64,000 nt of DNA from positions 384,001 through 448,000 of the forward strand of contig CAVRGP010000011.1 of the NCBI GenBank assembly GCA_963720755.1. The letters are read 5' to 3'. The position numbers and the translations under genes were made by a program. The notes beneath the pieces were generated by a model. The model did not search any database, was not told the origin of the DNA, and saw only the letters and a program-made list of their open reading frames with translations. This document shows, piece by piece, positions 49,086 through 59,269 of the stretch; within the stretch, counting starts at the first letter, position 1, and every line of letters starts with the position of its first letter. The stretch is from an uncultured Chloroflexia bacterium. Its GTDB lineage: Bacteria; Chloroflexota; Limnocylindria; Limnocylindrales; CSP1-4.

Positions 49086-52000
49086 ATGGTCGCGCCCGTC
49101 CGAGTCTCCGACCCACTCGCGCCGTTCTCACCGGCGGTCCGCGATTGGTTCGCGTCGAGTTTCGAGGCACCGACCGAGGCGCAGGCCCGGGGCTGGGCGG
49201 CCATCTCGAGCGGCCGGCACACGCTCATCCACGCGCCGACCGGGAGTGGCAAGACCCTCGCCGCGTTCCTGTGGTGCCTGGACCGTCTTGCCACGGATCC
49301 CAGTCCGACGCCGACGCGAGAGCATCCGGGGGCCGTCCGGGTCCTGTACGTCTCGCCGCTCAAGGCGCTGACCTACGACATCGAGCGCAACCTCAGGGCG
49401 CCGCTGACCGGGATCGCCCACGCCGCGGCACGCCTCGGCGAAGTCCCACCGGCCATTTCCGTCGCCAGCCGGACCGGCGACACCCCGACCGAGGAGCGGC
49501 GTCAGATCGCCCGGCGTCCGCCGGACATCCTGATCACGACGCCCGAGTCGCTCTACCTGATGCTGACCAGTGCGGCCCGAGAGGTGCTCCGTGCCGTCGA
49601 GTACGTCATCGTCGATGAAGTCCACGCCATCGCCGGATCCAAGCGAGGCGCCCATCTCGCCCTGAGTCTCGAGCGGCTCGATGCGTTGCGCCCCGAGGGC
49701 CGCTCGCCGATCCAGCGGATCGGGCTGTCCGCAACCCAGCGCCCGCTCGACACCATCGCCCGGTTCCTCGGCGGGCTCGGGCCGGACCGGGAGGTGGAGA
49801 TCGTCGATGCGGGCTCGCGCAAGCCATTGGACCTCCAGGTCATCGTCCCGGTGGACGACATGTCGGCGATGGGCGAGGTCCTGCCGCCCGACGAGCGACC
49901 CGGTGGGCCGGCCACCGGCCCGGACGCGCGGACCAGCATCTGGCCGGCCATCCACCCGCGGATCCTCGAGCTCATCCGGGCGCATCGCAGCACGATCGTG
50001 TTCACCAACAGCCGGCGCCTGTCCGAGCGGCTCGCCCAGCGACTCAACGAGCTGGCCGGTGAGGAACTCGTGCGAGCCCACCATGGGAGTGTCGCCAGGG
50101 AGCAGCGGCTGGAGATCGAGGAGGGCCTCAAGGCCGGACGCCTGCCGGCGATCGTCGCGACCTCCAGCCTCGAGCTCGGGATCGACATGGGCGCGGTGGA
50201 CCTGGTCATCCAGGTGGAAAGTCCGACGAGCGTCGCCCGCGGGCTCCAGCGCGTGGGTCGTGCCGGCCACCAGGTCGGGGCGCCCAGCAAGGGCGTGATC
50301 TTCCCGAAGTACCGGGGTGACCTGCTCGAGTGCGCGATCGTGACCCGTCGGATGCACGAAGGCGCCATCGAATCCACCCAGCTGCCGCGCAACCCGCTCG
50401 ACGTCCTCGCCCAGCAGCTCGTGGCGATGACCGTCATGGACAGCTGGTCGGTCGACGACCTGCTCGCTTGCGTCAGCCGGGCGGCGCCATACGAGACCTT
50501 GACGCGCGAGGTCCTGGAAGGTGTGCTCGGCATGCTCGCCGGCGCCTATCCGTCCGATGAATTCGCCGAGTTGAAGCCGCGGATCGTCTGGGATCGGGTG
50601 ACGGACCGCGTCGAGGGTCGGCGCGATGCCCGCGTCGTCGCCGTCACCAGTGGGGGCACGATCCCGGATCGTGGGCTGTTCGGCGTGTTCATGGTCGGCG
50701 AGGCGGGTACGCCCGGGCGACGCGTCGGCGAGCTGGATGAGGAGATGGTCTACGAGCTGCGGGTCGGGATGCATGGTGATGTCATCGTCCTGGGGGCCAG
50801 CAGCTGGCGAGTCGAGGAGATCGGCCGCGACCGGGTCACCGTCAGCCCCGCCCCGGGCGTCCCCGGCAAGTTGCCGTTCTGGCACGGCGATGCCGTCGGG
50901 CGGCCGATCGAACTGGGACGAGCGATGGGCGCCTTCGTCCGGGAGCTCGAGGCGGACCTCGGACGCGGCGTGACGGGTCGCCAAGCCGCCACCGACCGCC
51001 TCCGAGAGTCGCATGACCTGGATGAGCGAGCGGCCGACAACCTGCTGGCCTACCTCGAGGACGAACGCGCCGTCACGAGCGTGCTGCCGACCGACCGGCG
51101 GATCGTCGTGGAACGGTTCCGCGACGAGCTCGGGGACTGGCGGCTGTGCCTGCTGACGCCGTTCGGCGGACGCGTCCACGCGCCGTGGGCCCTGGCCCTG
51201 GAGGCGCGGATCGGGGAACGGCTCGGGCTGGAGGTCCAGACCATCTGGTCCGACGATGGGATCGCGATCCGTCTGCCGGAAGGGGACGCGCCGCTCGATG
51301 GCATCGAAGCGCTGCTGTTCCCCGACGCCGGCGAGATCGAGGACCTGGTCGTCGGCCGCCTGGCCACCTCCGCCCTGTTCGCCAGCCGGTTCCGGGAGAA
51401 CGCCGGCCGCGCTCTCCTGCTCCCGAGGCGACGGCCGGGGACGCGCACGCCGCTCTGGCAGCAACGCCAGCGTGCGGCCGATCTGCTCGCGGTCGCGTCC
51501 CGCTACGGCTCGTTCCCGATCCTGGTCGAGACCTATCGTGAGTGCCTGTCCGACGTCTTCGACTTGCCCGCACTGCGGGAGATCATGGCCGGCGTCGCCA
51601 GCCGGGAGATCGCCGTGCACGCGATCGAGACGGCCTCGGCGTCGCCCTTCGCATCGAGCCTCATGTTCGACTATGTCGCCGCCTACATGTACGACGGCGA
51701 CACGCCGCTGGCCGAGCGTCGCGCGGGCGCCCTGACGCTCGATCGAGATCTGCTCCGCGAGCTGCTCGGGCAAGAGGAGCTGCGCGAGCTGATCGATCCG
51801 GACGCGCTGGCCGACCTCGAGCTGTCGCTCCAGGCGTTGATCGACGAGCGGCGGGCGGCGACGATCGATGGCGTCCACGACCTGCTTCGACGGCTCGGCG
51901 ACCTGTCTTCGCCGGAGATCGCCGCCCGCGTCGAAGGCGGCGCGGAGGTGGCCGACGCGTGGCTCGACGAACTGGCTTCTGCACGGCGGATCGTCCGCAC

Positions 52001-53675
52001 CCGGATCGCGGGCGAGGACCGCTGGATCGCGGTCGAGGATGTCGCCCGCTTTCGGGACGGGGTCGGGATCGCCCCGCCGGTCGGCATCCCGGCGGCGTTC
52101 CTCGCTCCGGCGGTCGGCGCCCTCGATGGACTGTTGGCCAGATATGCGCGCACCCACGGCCCGTTCCTCACGCCCGACCCGAGCGGGCGCTGGGGCCTGC
52201 CGGGCGGGGTGGTCGGCGACGCGCTGGGCCGCCTGGAGGCGTCGGGGTCGCTGCTTCGTGGCGAGTTCCGTCCCGGAGGTGCGGAACGCGAATGGTGTGA
52301 TCCGGAGGTGCTTCGCCTGCTCCGGCGTCGCTCCCTGGCGCGACTCAGGCGCGAAGTCGAGCCGGTCGATCCGGCGGCACTCGCACGCTTCCTCCCCGAG
52401 TGGCAGGGGGTCGCTCCGGTCGGCCCGGAACGCGCGGTCCTCCGCGGGACCGCGGCTCTCGAACGCCTGGCCGAGGTCGTCGATCGACTGGCCGGGCTGC
52501 CGATCCCGGCGTCGGTCCTCGAGCGCGATGTCCTTCCCGCACGGATCCCCGGCTATCAGCCGCGACTGCTCGACGAGTTGGGTGCCCTCGGTGAGGTTGC
52601 CTGGGTAGGGCGGGGGAGTCTCGGCCGCGACGACGGGCGGATCGTGTTGGTCCGGCCGGGTCGGGAGATCCTCCGGCCGACCGGCCTGCCAGATGGGGTC
52701 GAGTCTCCCTCGGGGGTACGCCACGTGGCCATCCGCGAGCATCTCGCCGAGCGCGGTGCCTCGTTCTATCGAGAGCTGTTCGCTGCGGCGGGCGGCCATT
52801 CGGACCGCGAGGTGCTCGATGCCCTGTGGGACCTGGTCTGGGCCGGCGAAGTCACCAACGACACGTTCGCTCCGCTGCGCGCCTTGCGCTGGAAGCGAGC
52901 GGGCAGTCGTGGGTCGCCCCGCGGCCACGGTCGTCCCGGTCGACTCACGGCCCTTGGGCCACCGGAAGCAGCCGGGCGCTGGTCCCTGGTGACGGCGGCC
53001 CAGGCGACCGTCGGCGCAAGCAGAGTCCCGGCGGGCGGTCCGACCGAGCGCCTGCATGCCCAGAGCCTGGAACTCCTGGAGCGCTACGGGATCCTCACCC
53101 GCGACGCGGTCGCAAGCGAGGGGATCGTCGGCGGATTCGCCGCCGTCTATCCGGTCCTGCGGGCGATGGAGGACGCCGGGCGCATCCGCCGCGGTTACTT
53201 CGTCGATGGGCTCGGCGCCGCGCAGTTCGCCCTGGCCGGAGCGCTCGACCGGCTGCGAGCCGTGCGCGAGCCGGCGGACCCGACGGGGTCGGGTCAGGTC
53301 CATCTGCTGGCCGCCGCCGATCCTGCCAATCCCTATGGGGTCGCCCTGGCGTGGCCGCGCCGGGGCGAGGCGGACCGGCGTCCACTCCAGCGTGCGGCAG
53401 GCGCCTACGTCGTCCTCGTGGACGGCGTCGCGACGCTCTATCTCGAACGGGGAGGGGCGACGCTCCAGACCCTGCCCGCCGCCGACGAGCCCGCCACGGC
53501 GTCCGCGGCGGCAGGCGGACTCGGAGCGCTCGTCGCGGACGGACGGTTTCGCGACCTGGTGATCCGAAAGGTGGATGGCGACGACGTCGCGGCATCGCCC
53601 TTCCGCCCGCGGCTGCTCGATGCCGGATTCGTGGCCGGCTATCGCGGTCTCGTGTTCCGGACGGGCCGCGGCTGA
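49086..53675 (+). CDS. lhr: Lhr helicase, long form with C-terminal winged-helix domain
   Basis: APTGSGKT, SPLKAL, TTPESL, DEVH, SATQRP, HHGS, ELGIDMG, QRVGRAGH, SGGTIPDRG, AADPANPYG. Confidence 0.95.
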   Translation: MVAPVRVSDPLAPFSPAVRDWFASSFEAPTEAQARGWAAISSGRHTLIHAPTGSGKTLAAFLWCLDRLATDPSPTPTREHPGAVRVLYVSPLKALTYDIERNLRAPLTGIAHAAARLGEVPPAISVASRTGDTPTEERRQIARRPPDILITTPESLYLMLTSAAREVLRAVEYVIVDEVHAIAGSKRGAHLALSLERLDALRPEGRSPIQRIGLSATQRPLDTIARFLGGLGPDREVEIVDAGSRKPLDLQVIVPVDDMSAMGEVLPPDERPGGPATGPDARTSIWPAIHPRILELIRAHRSTIVFTNSRRLSERLAQRLNELAGEELVRAHHGSVAREQRLEIEEGLKAGRLPAIVATSSLELGIDMGAVDLVIQVESPTSVARGLQRVGRAGHQVGAPSKGVIFPKYRGDLLECAIVTRRMHEGAIESTQLPRNPLDVLAQQLVAMTVMDSWSVDDLLACVSRAAPYETLTREVLEGVLGMLAGAYPSDEFAELKPRIVWDRVTDRVEGRRDARVVAVTSGGTIPDRGLFGVFMVGEAGTPGRRVGELDEEMVYELRVGMHGDVIVLGASSWRVEEIGRDRVTVSPAPGVPGKLPFWHGDAVGRPIELGRAMGAFVRELEADLGRGVTGRQAATDRLRESHDLDERAADNLLAYLEDERAVTSVLPTDRRIVVERFRDELGDWRLCLLTPFGGRVHAPWALALEARIGERLGLEVQTIWSDDGIAIRLPEGDAPLDGIEALLFPDAGEIEDLVVGRLATSALFASRFRENAGRALLLPRRRPGTRTPLWQQRQRAADLLAVASRYGSFPILVETYRECLSDVFDLPALREIMAGVASREIAVHAIETASASPFASSLMFDYVAAYMYDGDTPLAERRAGALTLDRDLLRELLGQEELRELIDPDALADLELSLQALIDERRAATIDGVHDLLRRLGDLSSPEIAARVEGGAEVADAWLDELASARRIVRTRIAGEDRWIAVEDVARFRDGVGIAPPVGIPAAFLAPAVGALDGLLARYARTHGPFLTPDPSGRWGLPGGVVGDALGRLEASGSLLRGEFRPGGAEREWCDPEVLRLLRRRSLARLRREVEPVDPAALARFLPEWQGVAPVGPERAVLRGTAALERLAEVVDRLAGLPIPASVLERDVLPARIPGYQPRLLDELGALGEVAWVGRGSLGRDDGRIVLVRPGREILRPTGLPDGVESPSGVRHVAIREHLAERGASFYRELFAAAGGHSDREVLDALWDLVWAGEVTNDTFAPLRALRWKRAGSRGSPRGHGRPGRLTALGPPEAAGRWSLVTAAQATVGASRVPAGGPTERLHAQSLELLERYGILTRDAVASEGIVGGFAAVYPVLRAMEDAGRIRRGYFVDGLGAAQFALAGALDRLRAVREPADPTGSGQVHLLAAADPANPYGVALAWPRRGEADRRPLQRAAGAYVVLVDGVATLYLERGGATLQTLPAADEPATASAAAGGLGALVADGRFRDLVIRKVDGDDVAASPFRPRLLDAGFVAGYRGLVFRTGRG

Positions 53676-53681
53676 TCCAGG

Positions 53682-54509
53682 ATGCCCGAGGGCGACACGC
53701 TCCACCGGACCGCAGCCGGGCTCCGACCGTATCTCGTGGGCCGGAAGGTCACGGCCGCGCGCACCGCCGGCCCCGGTCGGGTGCCCCAGGTCCACCGGAT
53801 CGTCGGTCGCGAGGTCATCGCGGTCGAAGCGATCGGCAAGAACCTGCTGATCCGGTTCGACGGCGGCCTGGAGATCCGGACGCATCTGCGGATGAACGGC
53901 TCGTGGCATCGGTACCGACCAGGCGAGCCCTGGCGACGGGCGCCTGCCCGGGCCCGCCTCGTGCTGGAGGTCCCCGGCGCCGTCGCCGTCTGCTTCGATG
54001 CGCCGGTCGTGGAGTTGCTCGAGCAACGAGCGGAGGGCCTCCACCCACCGCTCGGTGGCCTCGGTCCGGATCTCCTCGACCCGGCTGCCGACCTGGATGT
54101 CGTTGTTCGCCGGTTGCGGGATGCGTCGCGGGCCGATCTCGAGATCGGCGTGGCCCTGCTCGATCAACGTGCCACAGCGGGGATCGGCAACGTCTACAAG
54201 AGCGAGACCCTCTGGATCGAACGCGTCTCCCCGTTCGCGCCGGTCCGCGACCTCGACGACGGCACGCTCCGGCGGCTGGTCTCGACCGCGGCCCGGCTGC
54301 TCCGGGCGAACGTCTCGACTGGACACGGGCCGGAACGGATCACGACCGCAGGTGACCCCGGCGCCCCCGGTCCCCTGTATGTCTATCGTCGGACCGGGCG
54401 CCCGTGCCGGCGATGCCGGCGACCGATCTCGAGCCGGCGCCAGGGGACGGATCTGCCTCGGACCACGTACTGGTGTCCGACCTGTCAGGACCCGGGAGAG
54501 GCCGGCTGA
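53682..54509 (+). CDS. nei: Fpg/Nei-family DNA glycosylase (endonuclease VIII)
   Basis: MPEGD, GKNL, HLRMNGSW, LLDQR..AGIGNVYKSE, CRRC...WCPTCQ. Confidence 0.93.
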   Translation: MPEGDTLHRTAAGLRPYLVGRKVTAARTAGPGRVPQVHRIVGREVIAVEAIGKNLLIRFDGGLEIRTHLRMNGSWHRYRPGEPWRRAPARARLVLEVPGAVAVCFDAPVVELLEQRAEGLHPPLGGLGPDLLDPAADLDVVVRRLRDASRADLEIGVALLDQRATAGIGNVYKSETLWIERVSPFAPVRDLDDGTLRRLVSTAARLLRANVSTGHGPERITTAGDPGAPGPLYVYRRTGRPCRRCRRPISSRRQGTDLPRTTYWCPTCQDPGEAG

Positions 54510-55468
54510 TCGGGTGTCCGTCCGATGCCCCACCGGCTGGCCAGCCAGGCTCGTGCCCCCGCGAGCCAATGTCGCCATGTCGCCGGCCGGAAGATGTCCA
54601 GTGGATCTTCCTTGCGGTAGAACCACGGAACGGTCGCCCACAGGTACACGAGGAAATCGAGCCGCACCGGCCGCGCCCCGAACCCGAACAGCGCCTTCAT
54701 CTGGATGATCGTCAGGGGCAGGGTCAGGAGGCTGAGACCGACCGACACGACCAGCCAGAAGACCCCCCACTGTTTCGCTCGCCCGGGCAGGATCGGCCAG
54801 AACAGGACCGGGACCCATTTCATCCAGGTCGCAAGCGCCCAGAGCAACCCTCCAAGCCGGGGGCCGGTGAACTGGGCCGCCCAGAGCATCAAGGTGAGCT
54901 GCAGGTTGATGTTGCCGGTGTCCAGATTTGCGCCGAACGGGAAGGCCAGCGCGGCGACGATCAGCGCGGTCGTCAGCGGACGACGTCGATAGGCCCAGTG
55001 GATGGTCCACAGGAGCAGGAGGATCGTGCCGACCCGCCACACGAACCAGGCGACATCCCAGGGCAGCATCGCCCACGGGACGAACAGCGGCAGCATCCAG
55101 GGGGCATAGACGTACGGCAGGAATGGCCCGACCGGGTGGTAGGGGTCGCCGCCGTTGAGCCACAGCCGAACCCCGGCCCAGTAGGCCCGGGCATCGGCCC
55201 CGCCCGCGTCGCCCCGGGCGATCAGCCCGGACAGGACCAGCGCGAAGCTCAGGCTCAGGAGCACGATCGCCGCGACTCGCCGTGGATCGCGGAGGCGGAA
55301 GACCTCGCGGCGGAGGGCTCGTCGGAACACGCCCGCGCGTCGGCGTGTTCCGCGATCGATATGCTCGGACAGATCGACCACGATCCGACCACGGCCGCGG
55401 GCACTGCCTGGGACGGGCTGAAGGCCGTTTCCCGGCTGCAGGCCGTTCGGGGGCACGGACGCGCTCAT
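54485..55468 (-). CDS. GT87 (DUF2029) membrane glycosyltransferase
   Basis: DARAYW.G......GGDPY, YVYAP, GNIN, K..P; multiple TM helices. Confidence 0.78.
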   Translation of the reverse strand: MSASVPPNGLQPGNGLQPVPGSARGRGRIVVDLSEHIDRGTRRRAGVFRRALRREVFRLRDPRRVAAIVLLSLSFALVLSGLIARGDAGGADARAYWAGVRLWLNGGDPYHPVGPFLPYVYAPWMLPLFVPWAMLPWDVAWFVWRVGTILLLLWTIHWAYRRRPLTTALIVAALAFPFGANLDTGNINLQLTLMLWAAQFTGPRLGGLLWALATWMKWVPVLFWPILPGRAKQWGVFWLVVSVGLSLLTLPLTIIQMKALFGFGARPVRLDFLVYLWATVPWFYRKEDPLDIFRPATWRHWLAGARAWLASRWGIGRTPDQPASPGS

Positions 55469-55526
55469 GGCACCGGCATTCTCGCATGCGTGGTCGCCCC
55501 GGTCGCCCCGGTATACTCCGCCGGAC

Positions 55527-56363
55527 ATGGCCGATGGAACCGTCATCATCATCGGCGGCGCCGAGGACAAGGTTCGCGACCGCGTCATCCTGAGCCGATT
55601 CGTCGAGCTTGCAGGTGGCGAGAAGGCCACGATCGCCGTCATCAGCACCGCCTCATCTCTCGGGCTCGAAGCCGGGGAGCGGTACCGCGCGGTCTTTGGT
55701 GAGCTCGGCGTGAAGCACGTGCGGCCGCTCCATGCGGTGACCCGTCCACAGGCCAACGACGAGGCGGCCGTGAGCGCCGTCCGCGATGCGACCGGGGTCT
55801 TCCTGACCGGTGGGAACCAGCTGCGGCTGTCATCCACGCTCGGCGGCACCCGCCTGGCCGAGGCTGTCCTGGACCGGTTCCAGAACGGTGCGGTGGTGGC
55901 CGGCACATCGGCGGGCGCATCGGCGATGTCCAGCCACATGATCGCGTTCGGCGCCTCCGGGGCGACCCCGAAGCACCGGATGGCCCAGATCGCAGCGGGA
56001 CTGGGCGTCCTGCCCGGCGTCATCGTCGACCAGCATTTCCAGCAACGCAACCGGCTCGGTCGGCTGCTCAGCCTGATCGCCCAGAACCCCAGCCTGCTCG
56101 GCCTCGGGGTCGATGAGGACACTGCCGGGGTCGTCGGCCCGGATCACATCATGGACGTCATCGGGCGCGGCTCGATCACGGTGGTCGATGGTTCCCACTC
56201 GGAGACCGATGCCTGGGAGGTCCATGGGCACCGGCCACTCATGATCAGCGGTGTCGTGCTCCACTCGTTGCCTGCCGGCTACCGCTTCGACCTTCGCCAT
56301 CGGGAGCGCGTCGCCACCCCAGCGCTGCATGCACTGTCGGGCGGCGAGGCCGCCTCGAGCTAG
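55527..56363 (+). CDS. cphB: cyanophycinase
   Basis: [43 protein letters not shown]. Confidence 0.95.
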   Translation: MADGTVIIIGGAEDKVRDRVILSRFVELAGGEKATIAVISTASSLGLEAGERYRAVFGELGVKHVRPLHAVTRPQANDEAAVSAVRDATGVFLTGGNQLRLSSTLGGTRLAEAVLDRFQNGAVVAGTSAGASAMSSHMIAFGASGATPKHRMAQIAAGLGVLPGVIVDQHFQQRNRLGRLLSLIAQNPSLLGLGVDEDTAGVVGPDHIMDVIGRGSITVVDGSHSETDAWEVHGHRPLMISGVVLHSLPAGYRFDLRHRERVATPALHALSGGEAASS

Positions 56364-56398
56364 CCCACGGCGGGACCGCCGATAGATGGAGGGAACTC

Positions 56399-59257
56399 GT
56401 GGCTGACACCGTGGCTGGCTCCCCATCCGCTCCCCGCAAGAAGCGGGCCAGTCGGGCCAAGGCCACGCCGCCGTCTGGTCCGGCGCCCACCTTGCGGATC
56501 CTCGAGACGCGCGTGCTGCGCGGCCCGAATTACTGGGCTCGCGAGCCGGTCATCCGTCTCCTGCTCGATCTTGGTGTCCTCGAGGCGTACCCGTCGAACC
56601 TCCTGCCGGACTTCGCGGATGCGCTCGTCGCGCTCCTGCCGACGCTCGAGGACCACGCCTGCTCGCTCGGCCGGCGCGGCGGTTTCGTCACGCGGCTTCG
56701 CGACGGGACCTGGGTCGGCCACATCGCGGAGCACGTCGCCCTGGAGTTCCAGAACCTCGCCGGGACCGATGTCCGGCACGGGAAGACGCGGGCGGCCGGG
56801 CCGGTCGGCCAGTACAACTGCATCTACGAATATCGCGAGGAGGCGGTCGGCCTCGAGGCCGGCCGGATGGCGGTGGCGCTCGTCAATCACCTCGTCGCCC
56901 CCGACGACCCATCGGTCTTCTTCGACTTCGCGCCGGAGATGGAGCGACTGATCCGGCTCGCCGAGCGGCAGGCATTCGGGCCATCGACCCAGGCCCTGAT
57001 CGATGAGGCGGTCAGCCGCGACATCCCGTTCTTCCGGCTGGATCGCCACTCCCTCGTCCAGTTCGGCCACGGTGTTCATCAGCAGCGGATCCGGGCGACG
57101 ATGACCTCGCTCACCTCGGCCATCGGGGTCGATGTGGCGTCGGACAAGAGCCTGACCAATCGCCTCCTCGACTCGGCCGGCTTGCCCGTGCCCAGAGCGG
57201 ATGTGGTGGATACGGAGGAAGCCGCGGTCGCCGTGGCGCGGCGGCTTGGCTTCCCATGCGTCCTGAAGCCGCTCGACGGCAACCACGGCCGCGGCGTCCA
57301 CCTCGATCTGCAGTCCGACGATGAGGTCCGCGCCGCCTTCCACGGAGCGCTCGCCCAGAGCCGGAGCGGCGACGTGGTCGTGGAAACGTACGTGGCCGGC
57401 AACGACTACCGCTGCCTGGTCATCGGAGGCAAAGTGGCGGCGATCGCCGAACGTGTCCCGGCGTCGGTCGTCGGGAACGGTGAGCACTCCATCCGAGCCC
57501 TCGTGGACATCGCCAACAGCGACCCGCGGCGGGGGATCGGCCATGAGAAGGTCTTGACCCGGATCAACGTCGACGAGGCGGCCGAGGAGCTGGTCCGTGG
57601 CCAGGGCTTCGAGCTGGATGACACCCTGCCGGATGGCGTCAGGGTCAAGCTGGCCCTGACCGGCAACATGTCGACCGGCGGGACGTCGATCGACCGGACC
57701 ATCGAGGCACATCCCGACAACGTCGAGATCGCCGAGACCGCGGCTCGGATCGTCGGGCTCGACGTGGCCGGCATCGACTTCATCTGTCCCGACATCGCCA
57801 CGCCCGTGCGGGAGACGGGTGGCGCGATCGTCGAAGTCAACGCGGCGCCCGGATTCCGGATGCACACGCACCCGACCGAAGGCGAGCCGCAATACGTCGC
57901 CCGGCCGGTCATCGACTCGCTCTTCCCGTCGGGCTCGTCGGCCCGGATCCCGATCATCGCGGTGACCGGCACCAACGGCAAGACGACGACCGTCCGGATG
58001 ATCGCCCACATCCTCAAGCTGATGGGTCGCCGGGTCGGGATGACGTCGACCGACGGCATCGTGGTCGACGGACGGCTCATCAAGAAGGGCGACATGTCCG
58101 GACCGAAGTCGGCCCAGATGGTGCTCCAGAACCCGACCGTCGATACGGCGGTCTTCGAGGTCGCCCGTGGCGGCATCCTGCGCGAGGGGCTCGGATACGA
58201 CCGCAACGACGTCGCGGTCGTGACCAACGTCACCGGCGACCACCTGGGCCTCGGTGGCATCGATTCGATCGGTCAGTTGGCGAATGTCAAGGGTGTCGTC
58301 GTGGAGGCCGTCCCTCGGTCCGGGACGGCGGTCCTCAACGCGGACGACAACCACGTTTACCGGATGGGCCGGCACTGCGCCGGCCGGGTGGTCCTGTTCA
58401 GCATGGCCACGGCCAAGGGCGAGGATGGCTACGACCGGGTGGACGGCCACACGTCGCGTGGCGGCGCCGCATTCCGGGTCGAAGCCTCCGACGAAGGTGA
58501 GCTCATCGTGCTTCGCCTCGGCTCCCGGACGATGCCGGTCCTGTACACCCACCTCATCCCGGCGACCTTCGGCGGCCGGGCCCGGATGAATGTGGCCAAT
58601 GCCCTGGCCGCCGCCGCGGCCGCCTGGGCGGCTGGAGCTCATCTCCACGATATCCGCCAGGGCCTGCGGACCTTCTCGACGTCGTTCTTCCAGGCGCCCG
58701 GGCGCCTGAACCTCGTCGACGTCGGCGGCGTGCGGGTCGTGATCGACTACTGCCACAACGTGGACGGGATGCGCCAGCTGGCCGACTTCGTGAGCCGGAT
58801 GATGGTCGACGCACCAACGAAGTCCGGGCGGATCGGCGCAGCCGCGACGGCGTCGCGATCCGGCCGAGCCATCGGGGTCATCGGGATCCCGGGCGACCGG
58901 CGCGACGACGACCAGCGGCAGTACGGGGCGATCGCCGCCAGCGCGTTCGACGAGATCATCGTGCGCGAAGACAAGAACCTGCGCGGCCGCACACCCGGCG
59001 AGACTGCCGTCAATGTCATCGACGGCGTTCGCGAGGCGAAGGCCGATGGGTCGGCGCGGGTCGGCCGGGCCGACAAGGTGCTCGACGAGATGACCGCCGT
59101 CCGGGCGGCCCTGCGCCGGGCGATCCCGGGCGACCTCGTCGTGTGCTGCGTCGACGATGCGGTCGGGGTGTACCGGGAGGCCATGGCCGCGGCCGGGTCG
59201 ACCGGGGGCGGATCCGCGTTCGCCGATCCCGGTGAACTCGAAGCACCGGAAGGATAA
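56399..59257 (+). CDS. cphA: cyanophycin synthetase CphA1
   Basis: GPNYW, HACS.G..GGF..RL..GT..GHIAEH, FGPST, KPLDGNHGRGV, EVNAAPGFRMH, GTNGKTTT, EVARGG, PGRLN, DYCHN. Confidence 0.96.
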   Translation: MADTVAGSPSAPRKKRASRAKATPPSGPAPTLRILETRVLRGPNYWAREPVIRLLLDLGVLEAYPSNLLPDFADALVALLPTLEDHACSLGRRGGFVTRLRDGTWVGHIAEHVALEFQNLAGTDVRHGKTRAAGPVGQYNCIYEYREEAVGLEAGRMAVALVNHLVAPDDPSVFFDFAPEMERLIRLAERQAFGPSTQALIDEAVSRDIPFFRLDRHSLVQFGHGVHQQRIRATMTSLTSAIGVDVASDKSLTNRLLDSAGLPVPRADVVDTEEAAVAVARRLGFPCVLKPLDGNHGRGVHLDLQSDDEVRAAFHGALAQSRSGDVVVETYVAGNDYRCLVIGGKVAAIAERVPASVVGNGEHSIRALVDIANSDPRRGIGHEKVLTRINVDEAAEELVRGQGFELDDTLPDGVRVKLALTGNMSTGGTSIDRTIEAHPDNVEIAETAARIVGLDVAGIDFICPDIATPVRETGGAIVEVNAAPGFRMHTHPTEGEPQYVARPVIDSLFPSGSSARIPIIAVTGTNGKTTTVRMIAHILKLMGRRVGMTSTDGIVVDGRLIKKGDMSGPKSAQMVLQNPTVDTAVFEVARGGILREGLGYDRNDVAVVTNVTGDHLGLGGIDSIGQLANVKGVVVEAVPRSGTAVLNADDNHVYRMGRHCAGRVVLFSMATAKGEDGYDRVDGHTSRGGAAFRVEASDEGELIVLRLGSRTMPVLYTHLIPATFGGRARMNVANALAAAAAAWAAGAHLHDIRQGLRTFSTSFFQAPGRLNLVDVGGVRVVIDYCHNVDGMRQLADFVSRMMVDAPTKSGRIGAAATASRSGRAIGVIGIPGDRRDDDQRQYGAIAASAFDEIIVREDKNLRGRTPGETAVNVIDGVREAKADGSARVGRADKVLDEMTAVRAALRRAIPGDLVVCCVDDAVGVYREAMAAAGSTGGGSAFADPGELEAPEG

Positions 59258-59269
59258 GGATCGTCGCGA

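Noticed and set aside
49128-55487. 2119-aa minus-strand ORF
   Set aside because: Antisense shadow of lhr-nei, typical of high-GC codon bias; no recognisable motifs.
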